NCBI RefSeq assembly: GCF_028641065.1
Contig: NC_073379.1
Coordinates: 74,338,001 to 74,402,000 of the forward strand
DNA length: 64,000 nucleotides
Source: Leucoraja erinacea
Lineage: Eukaryota
Direction of reading: 5' to 3'
Below the pieces are notes generated by a model. That model worked only from the letters and a program-made list of their open reading frames with translations, did not search any database and had not been told where the DNA came from. Every line of letters begins with the position of its first letter. Positions within the stretch are counted from its first letter, which is position 1. The position numbers were made by a program, and so were the translations under genes. Positions 1 through 12,360 of the stretch are shown piece by piece.

Positions 1-139
1 GTTTTTGATAGGCAGATAGTTGGACAAAGTCCAGAGATGAAAAGATAAAAGGTGTGAGAATAGTCACAAATTGCACAATTATTGGCAAGGAGAAATCCTT
101 GGTTGTTTATAGAGCTATAGAGGCCATTTTCATAAACAA

Positions 140-478
140 AATGAATTGCAGATGTTGGAATCTTGAGCAAAAAACAAAGTGCTGGAGTAACTCAGTGGGT
201 CAGGCAACATCCCTGGAGAATATGGATAGGCAGCATTCCCTCCAAAGGTGCTGCCTGATTTCCTGATTTCCTCCAGCACTTTGTTTTTTCTTGCACAATA
301 TTCCAGCCTTAAGGTCACAAGTGATAGGTGCAGAATTAGATCATTTGTCCCATCAACACTACTCCGTCATTCAATCAGGGCTGATCTATCTCTCCCTCCT
401 AACCCCATTCTCCTGCATTCTCCCCATAACCTCTGACAACCGTACTAATCCAGCCTCTGTAGCCTCTTGTGTCTCCGG
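140..478. mobile_element. Penelope-derived palindromic repeat interrupted by a CR1 3' fragment (310-448, minus)
   Basis: Arms gctggagtaactcag...ggcaacatc and ctgcctga...ctccagcac. The CR1 tail is flanked by an 8-bp direct repeat, tccagcct, at 302-309 and 449-456. Confidence 0.7.
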
Positions 479-481
479 TTG

Positions 482-612
482 TCATTGGCTGATGACACTG
501 CCTGGTTTTGGTGAGTCCCAGGGACTGCCGTGAGAAGCTGCAGCCAGATATTCAATGAGAGTAGCACCGTGACACACTGAGCGGTGATTTTCATCCACCT
601 GCTGTGCTATTT
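482..612 (-). CDS. Candidate terminal coding exon of an unidentified host gene (xIAQQVDENHRSVCHGATLIEYLAAASHGSPWDSPKPGSVISQ*)
   Basis: Strong acceptor cttctttcctgttcttttgcag on the minus strand. Open phase-1 frame to a TGA at 482-484, just before repeats begin. No homology recognised. Confidence 0.3.
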
Positions 613-2026
613 CTGCAAAAGAACAGGAAAGAAGATTGTTTCCACTCCAATTACCCAGCCATAGCTAAGATAAAACAACAAAAATAACATTTGCACAGTC
701 CTGGCAAAAGCACTTCTTTCATTTTGATGGACTTGTAAGTATTCCACTAGGGAGTATAAATGTTTATCAGTAAGACAGTGCAGAGAAGATTTCTGCTACA
801 TTAATTAACAGCTAACATAAAAGCCAAAATATTGTAATAAGTATATAATGTCATTACAAGTCATTCCATTGATGTTGACGCTTTTAAAATGCAGGACTGG
901 CCTTGTCTTCAGTTCTTCTAATAAAATAAATTCCTCCACCACTGACTGCATTTCACGTGGCAGCCATTCTTAGGATAGGTCTCGCTCTCTGCACTCACCA
1001 CATCTTGCCTGACTGAAACATGACAACATGTTATCTCTCCATCAAAACAACCATGTAACCAGAAGGTGTAGCAGGAGTCAGGAATGAATGCCATAGTTAT
1101 CACTCAGTTACTGCCAGTGAATAACAATTCTCTGACCACTGGGATGACAGAACCATGCAGTGTATGTTTGCTCAGACAGATACCATACTGGCTGCCTCTC
1201 CACTTCCTTCCTTGTCAACCTTGGTAATTAAAATACTCTTCATTCTCAGTTAACCCTTCACATTATTGAACTACATACAAACTCTTGCATTGTGGTTGCT
1301 CATTTCTCCCCAAAACATGTTTTACACACACAGCTCTAAAATACTTTTAATTCATTTTAGCAGCATAACGTTACCTCACCATCTTATAAGTTCCCCCTAG
1401 TCTGATCTTACCCTCATTTGCTTTGTTTCCTTGCAGAGTAAATCGGAGTACAACATTTTCCCACAGGTGGGATTGCAGTTGGGCATCCCCAATTTAACTC
1501 CCTCTTATCTCTGAGGAGGTCATGCAGCAATTTGGTCAATGGTTAGGTTAAATGCATCTTGTTAGTGCCAGGATATTGACTAAACGCTTCATTTAGTCTG
1601 AAGCAGTGGACAAGTGCTTCATTTACCTTTCTCCATGTGAGAAATGTGTGAATTCACTATGATGTTCCTTCAACCAACTGGTATAAATTCAGTAGACACA
1701 AAAAGCTGGAGTAACTCAGCGGTTCAGACAGCATCTTTGGAAAAAAGGAATAGGCGACGTTTCAGGTCATGACCCTTCTTCTTAATCTCTTTCCTTTCTT
1801 TTCATCATCAGCAGCTCCACCATTCCAAGCCTGCTCTGCGTATGATAAATCAGCAAACGATACTTCGGTTAGCATTGGTGGACCGTGGGCTGTACATCCA
1901 AAATGGGTCATCATTTTAACTTTTGTGACCCATCTCTGGTATCTCCTTGAAATTTGGCACAGATCTGAATTTAAAAAAATCATTGAGAAGGAATTCATCT
2001 CATCAGTGCAAAAAGTTGCACACTAA

Positions 2027-2237
2027 TTTATTAAGCTAATTAATAGATCTCTATCTATACTGATGTAAAAGCTCAGTGGTATCAAAGAAAATAACATTCA
2101 TGACAAAGTTAATATGTCAAAAAGTCTGCACACTCCGTCTTTTTATTAAGCTAATTAATAGATCTATTATCTATACTGATGTAAAAGCTCAGTGGTATCA
2201 AAGAAAATAACATTCATGACAAAGTTAATATGTCAAG
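2027..2237 (+). repeat. Tandem duplication (~95 bp of near identity, ~115-bp period)
   Basis: tttattaagctaattaatagatct...gacaaagttaatatgtcaa occurs twice in near-identical form. Confidence 0.9.
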
Positions 2238-2269
2238 GAACCATCTACTCTTCATCTGAATCTTCTTCA

Positions 2270-5200
2270 TCAGATTCCATCTTTTGTAGTAAGAGAGATT
2301 CTGCAGTCAACACAATTATTCATACATAATTCAGTACATGGCACACCATGCTGTTGACATGAGCATCTTCCTTTCCCTGTAGTTGACTTCTCATAGCTAG
2401 TTTTCTTGCATGAACAGTAGGTTAGTTCCAGCAAGGTGCTTGGGGCTGGAGGCAGATCACCCCAGTCAATGTCCAATTCACCACCTACAATTTTCCACCC
2501 ATGTCCCTTTGGACTGTGAATTTGTGGGAACTGTGGCAGACATTTTGAATGTACAGTAGCCTGGTAACTTGCTCTCAGGACATGCTTTTTGAGAGAGTCT
2601 GCGGTGAGTTGTTTCTGAAGGTGATCAGTGAGCCTGCCAAATGTTGATGGAATACTTCTCTGGGACAGTTCTTGCATCATAGCCATTCCATCTACAATTC
2701 AGATGCTCTCTAGCAGAATGGCAACTTGTGGAGATGGTTGTACTTGCGATTCGATGTAGTGCAGCAAGGATGATTTTGCAGTTTTGTTAAGTGACCCATC
2801 TGGATGTGCAAGTGAGAGAGGAAGAGGGCCCAAGTTATATGTCAGCATGCTATGGATATCAAGCTTCCATACATTAGCGATGATCACAAGTCTGTGGAAC
2901 AGATTTCTGTCAGCCTTTAACACCACTTCCTTTCCTTTGATTGTAGACTGATTTGCCTTATTCATTGACTGGAAAGTCTTTGTTTTCTACTTCTTTAGCG
3001 GCTTGAACATATCTTCACTGCCCTGGAGACGATCTTTGGAGTATGTGATGAAAGCTGCATCTCCCTTCTCCCACGCAGTGATGTAATCCTCAGTTACATC
3101 CTTGGATGTAACACAGCCAGATGCTATGTGGACTAATTGATCATGGATGTCTTTGAAGGGATTAATCATTGCCTGAAGGACAGATATCTCCTTGCAGACA
3201 TCCTCTTCATCTCTCTGTATTCGCGACTGCTGCAAGTCCTTGAGACCCCTTGTCATCTGGTCTTTTCCTGCCATTTCTTCACATCTGGAAATAGTGGCTC
3301 TTTCTGGCTGGGACAAAATCCATCTTGAGACAGCTCCTTTGTGAGTTGTGAATCCCACTATGCCTTCTTTTGTTTTTGTGTCTCGGTTGCAGGTCTGCTC
3401 TTTGGCTTGATCACAGGCTACAAGTGAAAATCCATGATCAGCCTGCCTCTGTACAGCGAAATGGCCTTTCATGAACTCTTGGTGGACAGCAGGATGAAAA
3501 GATGGGAGGTCACACATTTCAAGCCATGGGCTGGCAGGTAACGGGCATAGATCATGTGATCATAGGCAAACAACCATGGAAGAAATGACCTCACAGCTGA
3601 GAGATGGAAGTTCCAGTTCCCTTCTCTGGTTGCTCTGAGAAACAGTAGCATCACTTCTACCATTTCAATGTAAGAAGACCATTCATTGAATGTTGGATTC
3701 TTCGCCCGATTGTTGACAAACTTATCATACATTGCAGTCATCTTGTGAAATTCATCTGATGACACAAGTTCAGTCAAAGCCTCTTCTGGAAAGGCTGCAT
3801 TCAGTTGGCTCATCAATGTTTGTGCTTGATGTTTATCCTCTTCTATAAGGGAGTCAAGGAAGATCTGCCAGTGGATGTGTTCTATTGCTTCCACCACACA
3901 CATGCATGCGGTCACTTCGATTGTAGTGATGGCCATTCATTGTACCATTCAAAGATCCCTGTGCAACGATCCCTGCTTCTACCACCAAGTTCCCAAGACC
4001 TGCATCTCTGAATCGTTTACCGATACAAGCTAACATGGTTAGAGAAGTGTGGAAGGCACCAAGACGGAAAACTATCTGATCAGAAAATCTCTCATTACTC
4101 CGATCTGCTGGGCTTTTGAGTATATGACTTGATCGAACACTACAACCACCTGTTCTTGCTTCAGAGCATTGCAATTTGAATAGACTTCTCAAGAACGGTG
4201 AAGACTGTGCCATATTCTGTTGGACAAGCATCTATAATTGGTAGATAGATGGTAGACTATCTACATCTAGATAGATGGTAGACTATCCATGATGGTAGAT
4301 TGGTAGACAGGAATGTTACATATTCCTGGAATCTCATTATGTAGAAGTGTTGCAGCCTGTCCATCCAGGGAAGATCCTCTCAGATGGATCTGCCAATTTA
4401 ATTACACACATTTAAAAACTTTGGACTGGTCGATAATATCTGTCCAGAAGATCAACATGTTCGCTGTAAGACTTTGGTCCAATTCTTTTGCTCCCATGAT
4501 ATTTCTTGATGTTAGGAGATGGCGGTTGGACAGATCATTGTCTATCTCTTGCAATGGGTACGGACTGAGATGACTAGGTTGATTCAGAGGTGGTAGAGGT
4601 GGCAGATGGGCACCACTGAAGAAGAATGCCAATTCGTATTGTGTGTGGTTCCCTTTTCACTTAATGTTTCTTCCCCAAAATCATTTGGGGAAGAAACGCA
4701 GTGAAGGTTGTTTGAGCATCAGCTGGAAGTAGGCTAATCTCCTGTTCTATCTGCCTCTTTGCCAGTGCAGTGTCATGTTCCAAGGTGAATGAATTTCAAG
4801 GTTAATTCCCGGGATTGCTGGACTGTCATTGCCGAGAGAATGGAATGGCTGGGCTTGTGCATTCTGGAGTTTAGAAGGATGAGAGGGTATCTTATTGAAA
4901 CATAAAAGATTGTTAAGGGTTTGGACACGCTAGAGGCAGGAAACATGGTCACGATGTTGGGTGAGTCCAGATCCAGGGGCCACAGCTTAAGAATAAGGGG
5001 TGAGCCATTTAGAACGGAGACAAGGAAGCACTTTTTCTCACAGAGAGTTGTGAGTCTGTGGAATTCTCTGCCTCAGAGGCTGGTGGAGGCAGGTTCTCTG
5101 GATGCTTTCAAGAGAGAGCTAGATAGGGCTCTTAAAGATAGCAGAGTCAGGGGATATGGGGAGAAGGCAGGAACGGGATACTGATTGGAAATAATCAGCC

Positions 5201-6514
5201 ATGATCACATTGAATGGCTGTGCTGGCTCAAAGGGCCGAATGGCCTACTCCTGCACCTATTGTCTGTTGTCTATTGTCTATTGTCTAATCTGATGCACAA
5301 TGGCCAAATCCATTGAGCGGCCCGATTAACCTTGCTGAGCCTGTTAAATGTCTGTCTGCCATGGAGAGGGATGTGTGTTTTCCTTCTTTTGGCTTTCAGG
5401 TACATGACATCCTGGGCAACTGACAGCAGACGGTGATGAAGCTCGTCAGGCACATCAACTTTCCCAGATTCTTTGAGCTGACTGTACGCTGTGGTGGTCC
5501 TTGCCAAAAAGTTGCACAGTTCAGCTGGGACAATCTCTTCAGCCTTATCTAATGTTGCGTCTTCAGAAGTTGGGGACCATTAGATGGGGTTTGGTGAGTT
5601 GACGACGCTGTTCTGCACAATCTGGGCTGCATGAAACATGTCTCTGAGGTGATGGGACGGTGATCCTCCTTGTTGACTTTCACCAACAATTTCGCTGCTC
5701 TCACTGTCCTCACTTGAATTATCTTGTACAACACCTTGAACCAGCTCTTCAACAGCAAGTGATTCTACGAATACAATATCACTTTCAACTTGCTTAGATG
5801 GCCTTGTAATACATAAGACAGGAAGTATACTTCAACCCTGCCTTCAAGTGGTCTGTCTTGTGAGACGATGCATCCAAGCCCTCAACTTCTCAAACCTCCT
5901 TGATGAGAAGTTGGTTAAGTTCAGCAAGTCTTAAGATCCCTTTGCCACGGATGATTCTCTCCTCGATGACTCTCTTGCAGAAACTAGACTTCTCATACAC
6001 CTGCTGCTGATTATCTTTTTACTAATTTTCGCAAAATTAGTGACAACTTTTGTGTATCTAAGGTAGAATGATTTATGGTATCTTGCTTCAATAGCTACAA
6101 CATCTCTATCTCTTATATGTAATAGCAAAGCTTCATCTTGCTTCATGGTGGCAGCAGTTAGTAACTGCCCCCATGTTTTGTTTAACATCATACACATTTT
6201 TTTACTTCTTCTTTACCCGTGGCTTGTTCTTTGATGTACTTTGAGCGTTTACAGATGATACAATGCACTGGTAGGACATGCCTGCGGTCAGGGTGCTCGA
6301 CAGTAGCTGTTTGTTGACCATCACATGTCATGGACCGAAGCAGTCTCTTTGGGGCCGGCTCATGTGGTTCGCCATCAGGAACTGCTTCTTGAGGGGATTC
6401 AACTGCCTTATGCTTTTCAGCTTCTGTGGATTTAACACAATTAGAAGAGGAAAAAGAAAATAGAAATGGAAAGTAAAATAATTCAACATCCTCAAATATA
6501 TTTTCATTGTACAA
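2270..6514 (-). pseudogene. Academ-like transposase pseudogene (multiple frameshifts, internal deletion, CR1 insertion)
   Basis: Consecutive ORF fragments 6188-6514, 5931-6197, 5271-5507, 3854-4231, 3469-3936, 2987-3517, 2699-2965 and 2270-2686 lie in colinear domain order. Confidence 0.75.
4795..5287 (+). mobile_element. CR1 LINE 3' fragment nested in the Academ element
   Basis: ORF2 C-terminus (RGHSLRI...FFSQRVVSLWNSLPQ), conserved 3' stem-loop and (ctattgt)n tail. Confidence 0.92.
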
Positions 6515-6949
6515 GATAACAGAATATGATCATAAATACTAATAAATGTTGATTGTGCTATCATATATTTCAGGGCTATTAGTAACAAACTTTGAGCAAC
6601 ATCCAAAACTACATTTAAGTGCATGTAGCAAATTTGTTAAAATGTTTATTTACATGAACCTTGGTCACTATGCCCCAGTTGATGTTTAAAAGCTTTTAAT
6701 AGGGAAACAAATTGCACACATAACATTGATCTATTGACAATTTCTGTAACTATAAATTCTAGTGATGCATTTTATTTTATGTAGTGAAATGTATGTAATC
6801 ATAATTAATGCTTGATGAACTCTACCTTTTTATTGATCATTTTAATTTCAGAATTCACAACATCATAACTTTACAAAGATAAAATAAATACATCATTCTA
6901 TATATCACTGACTTCAAAGCTTAGATTGACAAGTGTGCCATTGGCCTAA

Positions 6950-7531
6950 AGGGCCTGTCCCACTTGGGCGACCTAATCCGCGAGTTCTGGCGAGTTTGCC
7001 CTCATACTCGCAGCATGGTCGACACAAGGTTGTAGGAGGTCTTCGTAACTCTCCTTTGTGCGCGAGTGGTCTCTGCGTACTCGAGGCCTCAGCTAGGTCA
7101 CGCCGTTTTTTTCAATATGTTAAAAATTGCCCGCAAATAAAAAAAGGTCGCCATGGAAAAAATTGCTACTTTTTTTACACGTAGGTTTATTCGTAGTAGG
7201 TCATAGTAGGTTGTAGTAGGTCGGCATATTAGTCGTAGGTAATCGAGGGTAGTCAAAGGTAGTCGAAGGTAGTCGTAGATAGTCTTCATCATAGTCGAAG
7301 GGAGGTTCAAGGGAGGTCGGAGATCAAAGGAGGTCGTCTTCACTCTCCACTATTCGGTGTCCAATTTTCCCGGTTAATCGTTGCTAGTTGTAGTTAGTCG
7401 AAGCTGGTCTTGAACATAGTCGAAGGAGGTGGAAGGAGGTCTTCTACATAGTCGAAGGAGGTCTTCAACATGTCATTTTTTTCAAACTCTTCTAAACTCG
7501 CCAATTAGGTCGCCCAAGTGGGACAGCCCCT
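6950..7531. mobile_element. PIF/Harbinger-type MITE
   Basis: TIRs agggcctgtcccacttgggcgacctaat and attaggtcgcccaagtgggacagcccct. TAA TSD at 6947-6949 and 7532-7534. Internal gtag/tcgaag repeats. Confidence 0.85.
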
Positions 7532-8250
7532 TAAGGGATACTCATCTAAGGGATCTACTATGGAGTGTTGCCTCAAAAAGGGAGTTAATATCATCCTTGA
7601 CCCTTATTATTAGCCACATTAAATGTATTTATTATAAATGATGAGTGAGATGGGCCATCGCAGTGTTTTCTTCCTTTGATACTGGCCATCTAATGAACCT
7701 GTCATCATTAAGGAGGCTGTTATGTTGGCGTGTCTAAGGACAGTGCCAACTTGTGAACAACTCGCTGTGACTGAAAACCATAGAGCATTGCAACCAACAG
7801 ATTGAAGGAGTTGATATTCTGCCAGGACACTTCGTCCATATCTGTCTCACCGTTGCTATTGGAAACGTCACTATGTTGCTTTCTGGTTTCCTTTCTTTTG
7901 TCTCGAATAAAACCAGCAATCTGTTTTGAAATACTCCCCATAATTTAAATCATTCACATTAAAGTAGTGTAGTTGTTGATATGGGCCAAATATCAAACCT
8001 ACCAGCTATTACTATGATTGCTAATTGAACTCTGGCTGCTTATAGCTCAATATGTGTATCAACCAACATGGAAATTATGAAGTAGTTCATACATCATTAT
8101 CAAAACACAAAGTGCAGGAGGAACTCAAAGGGTTAGGGAGCATCTGTGGAGGGATTGGACAGATAACGTTTTGGGTCAGACCCTTCTTCATGACCTCCAG
8201 CATGACCTCCAGCAGTTAGTGTTTTGCTCAAGATTCCAGCATCTTCAGTT

Positions 8251-8497
8251 AGAAACATAGAAACATAGAAATTAGGTGCAGGAGTAGGCCATTCGGCCCT
8301 TCGAGCCTGCACCGCCATTCAATAAGATCATGGCTGATCATCCAACTCAGTATCCCGTACCTGCCTTCTCTCCATACCCTCTGATCCCCTTAGCCACAAG
8401 GACCACATCTAACTCCCTCTTAAATATAGCCAATGAACTGGCCTCGACTACCCTCTGTGGCAGAGAGTTCCAGAGATTCACCACTCTCTGTGTGAAA
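8251..8497 (-). mobile_element. CR1 3' fragment (young ctatgttt-tailed subfamily)
   Basis: Near-identical to 55380-55628 and 61684-61925, with an (aaacatag)n tail on the plus strand. Confidence 0.9.
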
Positions 8498-10654
8498 ATT
8501 CCTTGTGTTTCTCCCCCCATTGTGTTGTATCACCTACTAATGTTTCATGAAGACACAAGAGACAGCAGATACTCAAATCTTGAGCAAAAAAAAATCAAAC
8601 TGCTGGAGGCAACTTTGGGTCATTGGGTCAGGCATCAGTCTTCAGTCTGAAGAAAAGTCCCAATCTGAATTGTCTTCTGTCTATTTCCCTTCACATGAGC
8701 TGCCTGACTTGCTAAGTTCCTCCAGCAGTTTTGTTGTTGTTGCATCTATTAATGTATCTCTGCTGCACATGCCAGTTTTCTATGTGGCAGGGGTTGTGGG
8801 CTAAGAGTTGGAGATGGAGTGCAGGGTTCCATCAGACGGGAAGCCGGCAAATTTCCGTACGAAGGAGCATGTGAGGCGCTCATTGAACTTTTGCCGCGTT
8901 CTTTCTCAGTGAGAATCATCCTCAACATTACCCATTAATACTGAAGCTAATAACACTGAAGTATACAGGAGCAAGACAGAATTGTACATCATAAGATCAT
9001 ATGTTCACGTGATAGGAGTGGAATTAAGCCTTTCGCCCCATCAATCATGGCTGATCTATCTTTCCCTCCTAACACAATTTTCTGCCAGAATCTATCTATC
9101 TCTGCCTTAAATATATCTACTGACTTTGCCTCCACAGACTTCTGTAGAGCAGAGTTATCTCCTCTGGGCCGGTTTAGGAGAGGTGCAGTGAAGGGGAAAC
9201 TTCAAGAGCTTCAAAAAGAACTGAAATAATTGTTAAATTACATTTCAGAATTAGAAATTGGTCTCAGCTCATTATATGGGTTGATATAGACCATTGGTGG
9301 TGTATATGGACATATCACTATCACCAGAGACCACTGTAAATTACAGGGCTAATAATAGAATATGATTATGAAGCTCTAGATTCTATCCCAGAACATTTTG
9401 GTTATGTTAATTACTATTTTATTGCAGAGAATTCAGATTGTGGTAATGTGATCTAATGGAAACATGATTATGAAAATAGGAATTAGAATTGATTAGTCTT
9501 AATATGAAGGTTCTGGCTATGTTTTGACGATCCAACCCAATTGATGAATGACAAAACTATGAGACTGGTTGTCTGTAAACAACATGTTTAAAGAATGAAG
9601 TGCATGTGGTTTACATTAGGCAGCAAGATAAAGCACCCTGGTGAAATGAGAGGGATGGGCATGGAGCATTAGTTTTGACCAACACAAAGAGCAACAATAA
9701 AAAGTCAGCTCTGCTCTCCTAGCTCCAAGCTACTAATGATTCTTTCTAACATTGTCACTGCCATTGGAACGTAGTTAAAGCAGTAACTGAGTATTGAGTT
9801 CAATTGCACCCTTTTAGCTTGCAGGATCATTTAAACTATTGTCACTCACAACTAAAGAAACAGTGAGTGATGGGAAAGGAGATAAGGAATAAACTGGTGG
9901 GGAGACATTCTGAATAAATGAGATTTCAACTTCTCCCCAATTATTTCGAAGTTCTAAAAGCAAGAAACTGCAGATGCTGGTTTATTCAGATGCTCCCCAG
10001 ACTGCATCTCTGGAGAACATGGATAGGTGACATTTTGCATTTGGATCCTTCTTCAATCAGTCTGAAGAAGGATCTCAACCTGAAACATCACCTATCCATC
10101 TTCTCCAGAGATATTGCCTGACCTGTTGAGTTACTCCAGCACTTTGTGTCCTTTTTTTTTCCACTGATGTTCTCCTTTGGGAGATGTGAAGCTTCAAGGG
10201 GGATTACATTTGGTATACTGGTCCCCTCAGCAGGTTCAATGCAGCAGGAACTAACTTCTTCCTCATTTCTTTCTCTAAGCGTTGAATTTTTACTTTAATT
10301 GTCAAGAAATTGGAGATGACTCTCCGATTTTTGAATCCCAATACTTTCATTTCAATTGGATTAATGATTGATGAAATGCCACTGTTGTCTATGTATCTAA
10401 AGGTCCCCCAGATTCCATTTTAGTGTCTAAATATTCTACACATTCTACAACTTTTTCTTAAGAAGGAAATTAATCAATAAACCCATAGAGCATCTATGTA
10501 AAGCACCAGCAGTGTGATAAAAACATATTTTGAGGCTTCAGAGTGGTGCTACACCTCTAAAATACAAACCAGGAAAAGGCTGGTATCCATTCCATCAGAA
10601 GCCGGAGATGGGAACTTGATGAACTTAAGTACACCACCAAGTAAATATGACATC

Positions 10655-11170
10655 AACAAAACTGAACTGGAGGAACAGCACCTCATATTCCACTTGGGTA
10701 GTTACAACCTAACGGTATGAACATTGAATTCCTCAAGTTTAGGTAACCTCTAACAACTCCCCTCCATTTTCTCCCCCATGTCCCCTTTCTTGCTCCTCCC
10801 CTTAACCCCACCAGACCTCACACCTAATTATTCCCCCCTCCCCTCCACCTACATTCTTTCCTTTGTCTTCACAATTCTCAACTCTTCCATCCTTTAATCT
10901 CACACCTGTTTTCTTTCATCTCTGATCTTTGTCCAACCATCTGCTTATCAAACCCACCCCATCTGTGTTCACCTGTCACCTGCAATGCTTTGGCCTGCCC
11001 CTCCTCTCTTCCAGCTTTCTTTCCTCCCTCCCTTACAATCAGTCTGAAGAAGGGCCCCGGCCCAAAACATTGCCTATCCATGTTCTCCAGGGATGCTGTC
11101 TAACCCACTGAGTTACTCCAACATTTTATGTCTTTTTTCGTAAACCAGCATCTTGAGTTCCTTGTCTCTA
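10655..11170 (+). mobile_element. 5'-truncated Penelope-like element: GIY-YIG C-terminus plus 3' UTR/pLTR
   Basis: LEEQHLIFHLGS..(P)NGMNIEF resembles the end of the Penelope GIY-YIG domain. It is followed by a pyrimidine-rich UTR and the ctgaagaaggg...aaac terminal repeat shared with the palindromic repeats. Confidence 0.75.
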
Positions 11171-12360
11171 AAGTCAGAAAGGGGATGGGCAAAGAGAATG
11201 AGTTTCCCCCAACTCTCCATCAAAACTTTTTCTCCCTACTCTCAGTCTGAAGTAAGGTCTCATCCCGAAACGTCACCCATTCCTTCTCTCCAGAGATGCT
11301 GCCTGTCCTGCTGAGTTACTCTAGCATTTTTGTTGAGTTTTGACTAGTTTCTCAACAGGTGATTTAGGTGTGGCATCAAGAAATGAAACAAGCTCAGTCG
11401 GTAATAAAATGCTAATCATCGATTTGACATGGTTCTCTGCTGGCTGGATCCAGAGTCATCACACCCAAAAAGATACAAAAAGAATTCCAAAGATACATGA
11501 ACGCTACACAGACAGAAGGAAATGCTGCTGAGAGGTAGCGGAGCTGTGACTCAGAATGACATTTACAAATGAGAGAATGATGTCAACATGTTCTCTGCCA
11601 GAGGTACAGAATTGCACAAAAAAGACTCAAGAGTCGTTTACTGTTATATGTCCTGGACAAAAATGAAATTCTTATTTGCAGCAGCACAACGGAATATGTA
11701 AAACATAGTACACTGTGAACAATATAATAAACGGAATAAAAAGTTTAGAATATTAAAAAAATTATGATAGTGACTGAAATACCACCTGGACCATGGTATA
11801 CCATGGAAGTTGATTTGTTCATGCAATAAGAGCAGTACATTATAGTTGGAGGATACTATATTCCAAGCTCCCATTCATCAGAAGAATGAAAACTTCGAGA
11901 ATCAGAACAATTAAATACTGCAATTTGAAAGAAATGCTAAACAAATAATTACTGAGGCTGGCAGGTAATTCATGGCTGGAGATTGTTGGAATTTACAGAA
12001 TAGATGTTTCACCATGATGAACTCATCCCTACACTGTACAGGGAGAGAGGCAGTTTCATAATGTTCAGATAGAGAAGCAAACCTTATCCAAAGCAGAGAA
12101 ACAAAGTAAGTTGCAAGCCTTGCTTTATTATTAGTTTAGTACAGATACTGCATGGAAACAGGTCCTGCACTGAGTCCACACCCACCATCGATTATGTGTT
12201 AATTGTTCTGGACTACACTACTTTAGACTGACATCACATAGCAGGCCAAGCAACAAAATGGTAGAAGTAAAACACATGCTTCATGAGACCAAGAAGAATA
12301 TGTTAACAAGTAAAAACATCAAGAGAATCAAGTGTCAATCAAGAATGTTTAATAGAGTTA

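Larger units (their letters stand above)
1886..8049 (-). mobile_element. Decayed Academ (AcademX-like) DNA transposon
   Basis: Frameshifted minus-strand ORF pieces carry motifs of this transposase type: AIEARYHKS (5931-6197), RLGAFHTSLTMLACIG (3854-4231), ATREGNWNFHL...YARYLP (3469-3936), DQAKEQTCNR (2987-3517), LGPLPLSLAHPDGSL (2699-2965) and a C-terminal Cys8-type finger, CSCKK...CSCQQHGVPCTELC..C..C (2270-2686). Weak terminal similarity (tgggctgta vs tatagctca; ttgaaatttggcacagatc vs gatatgggccaaatatcaa). Ends are approximate. Confidence 0.7.

Noticed and set aside
445-594. Minus-strand ORF resembling a signal peptide plus furin site (MKITAQCVTVLLSLNIWLQLLTAVPG...RRHKR)
   Set aside because: The RHKRLQRL part is encoded by the start of the Penelope-derived repeat (gacacaagag..cagaggctggaat, compare 8552), the stop lies in a CR1 insertion, and the Kozak context is weak.
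8745-8960. In-frame TGA between open segments (possible selenocysteine read-through)
   Set aside because: No recognisable selenoprotein motif or SECIS. This is compatible with chance.
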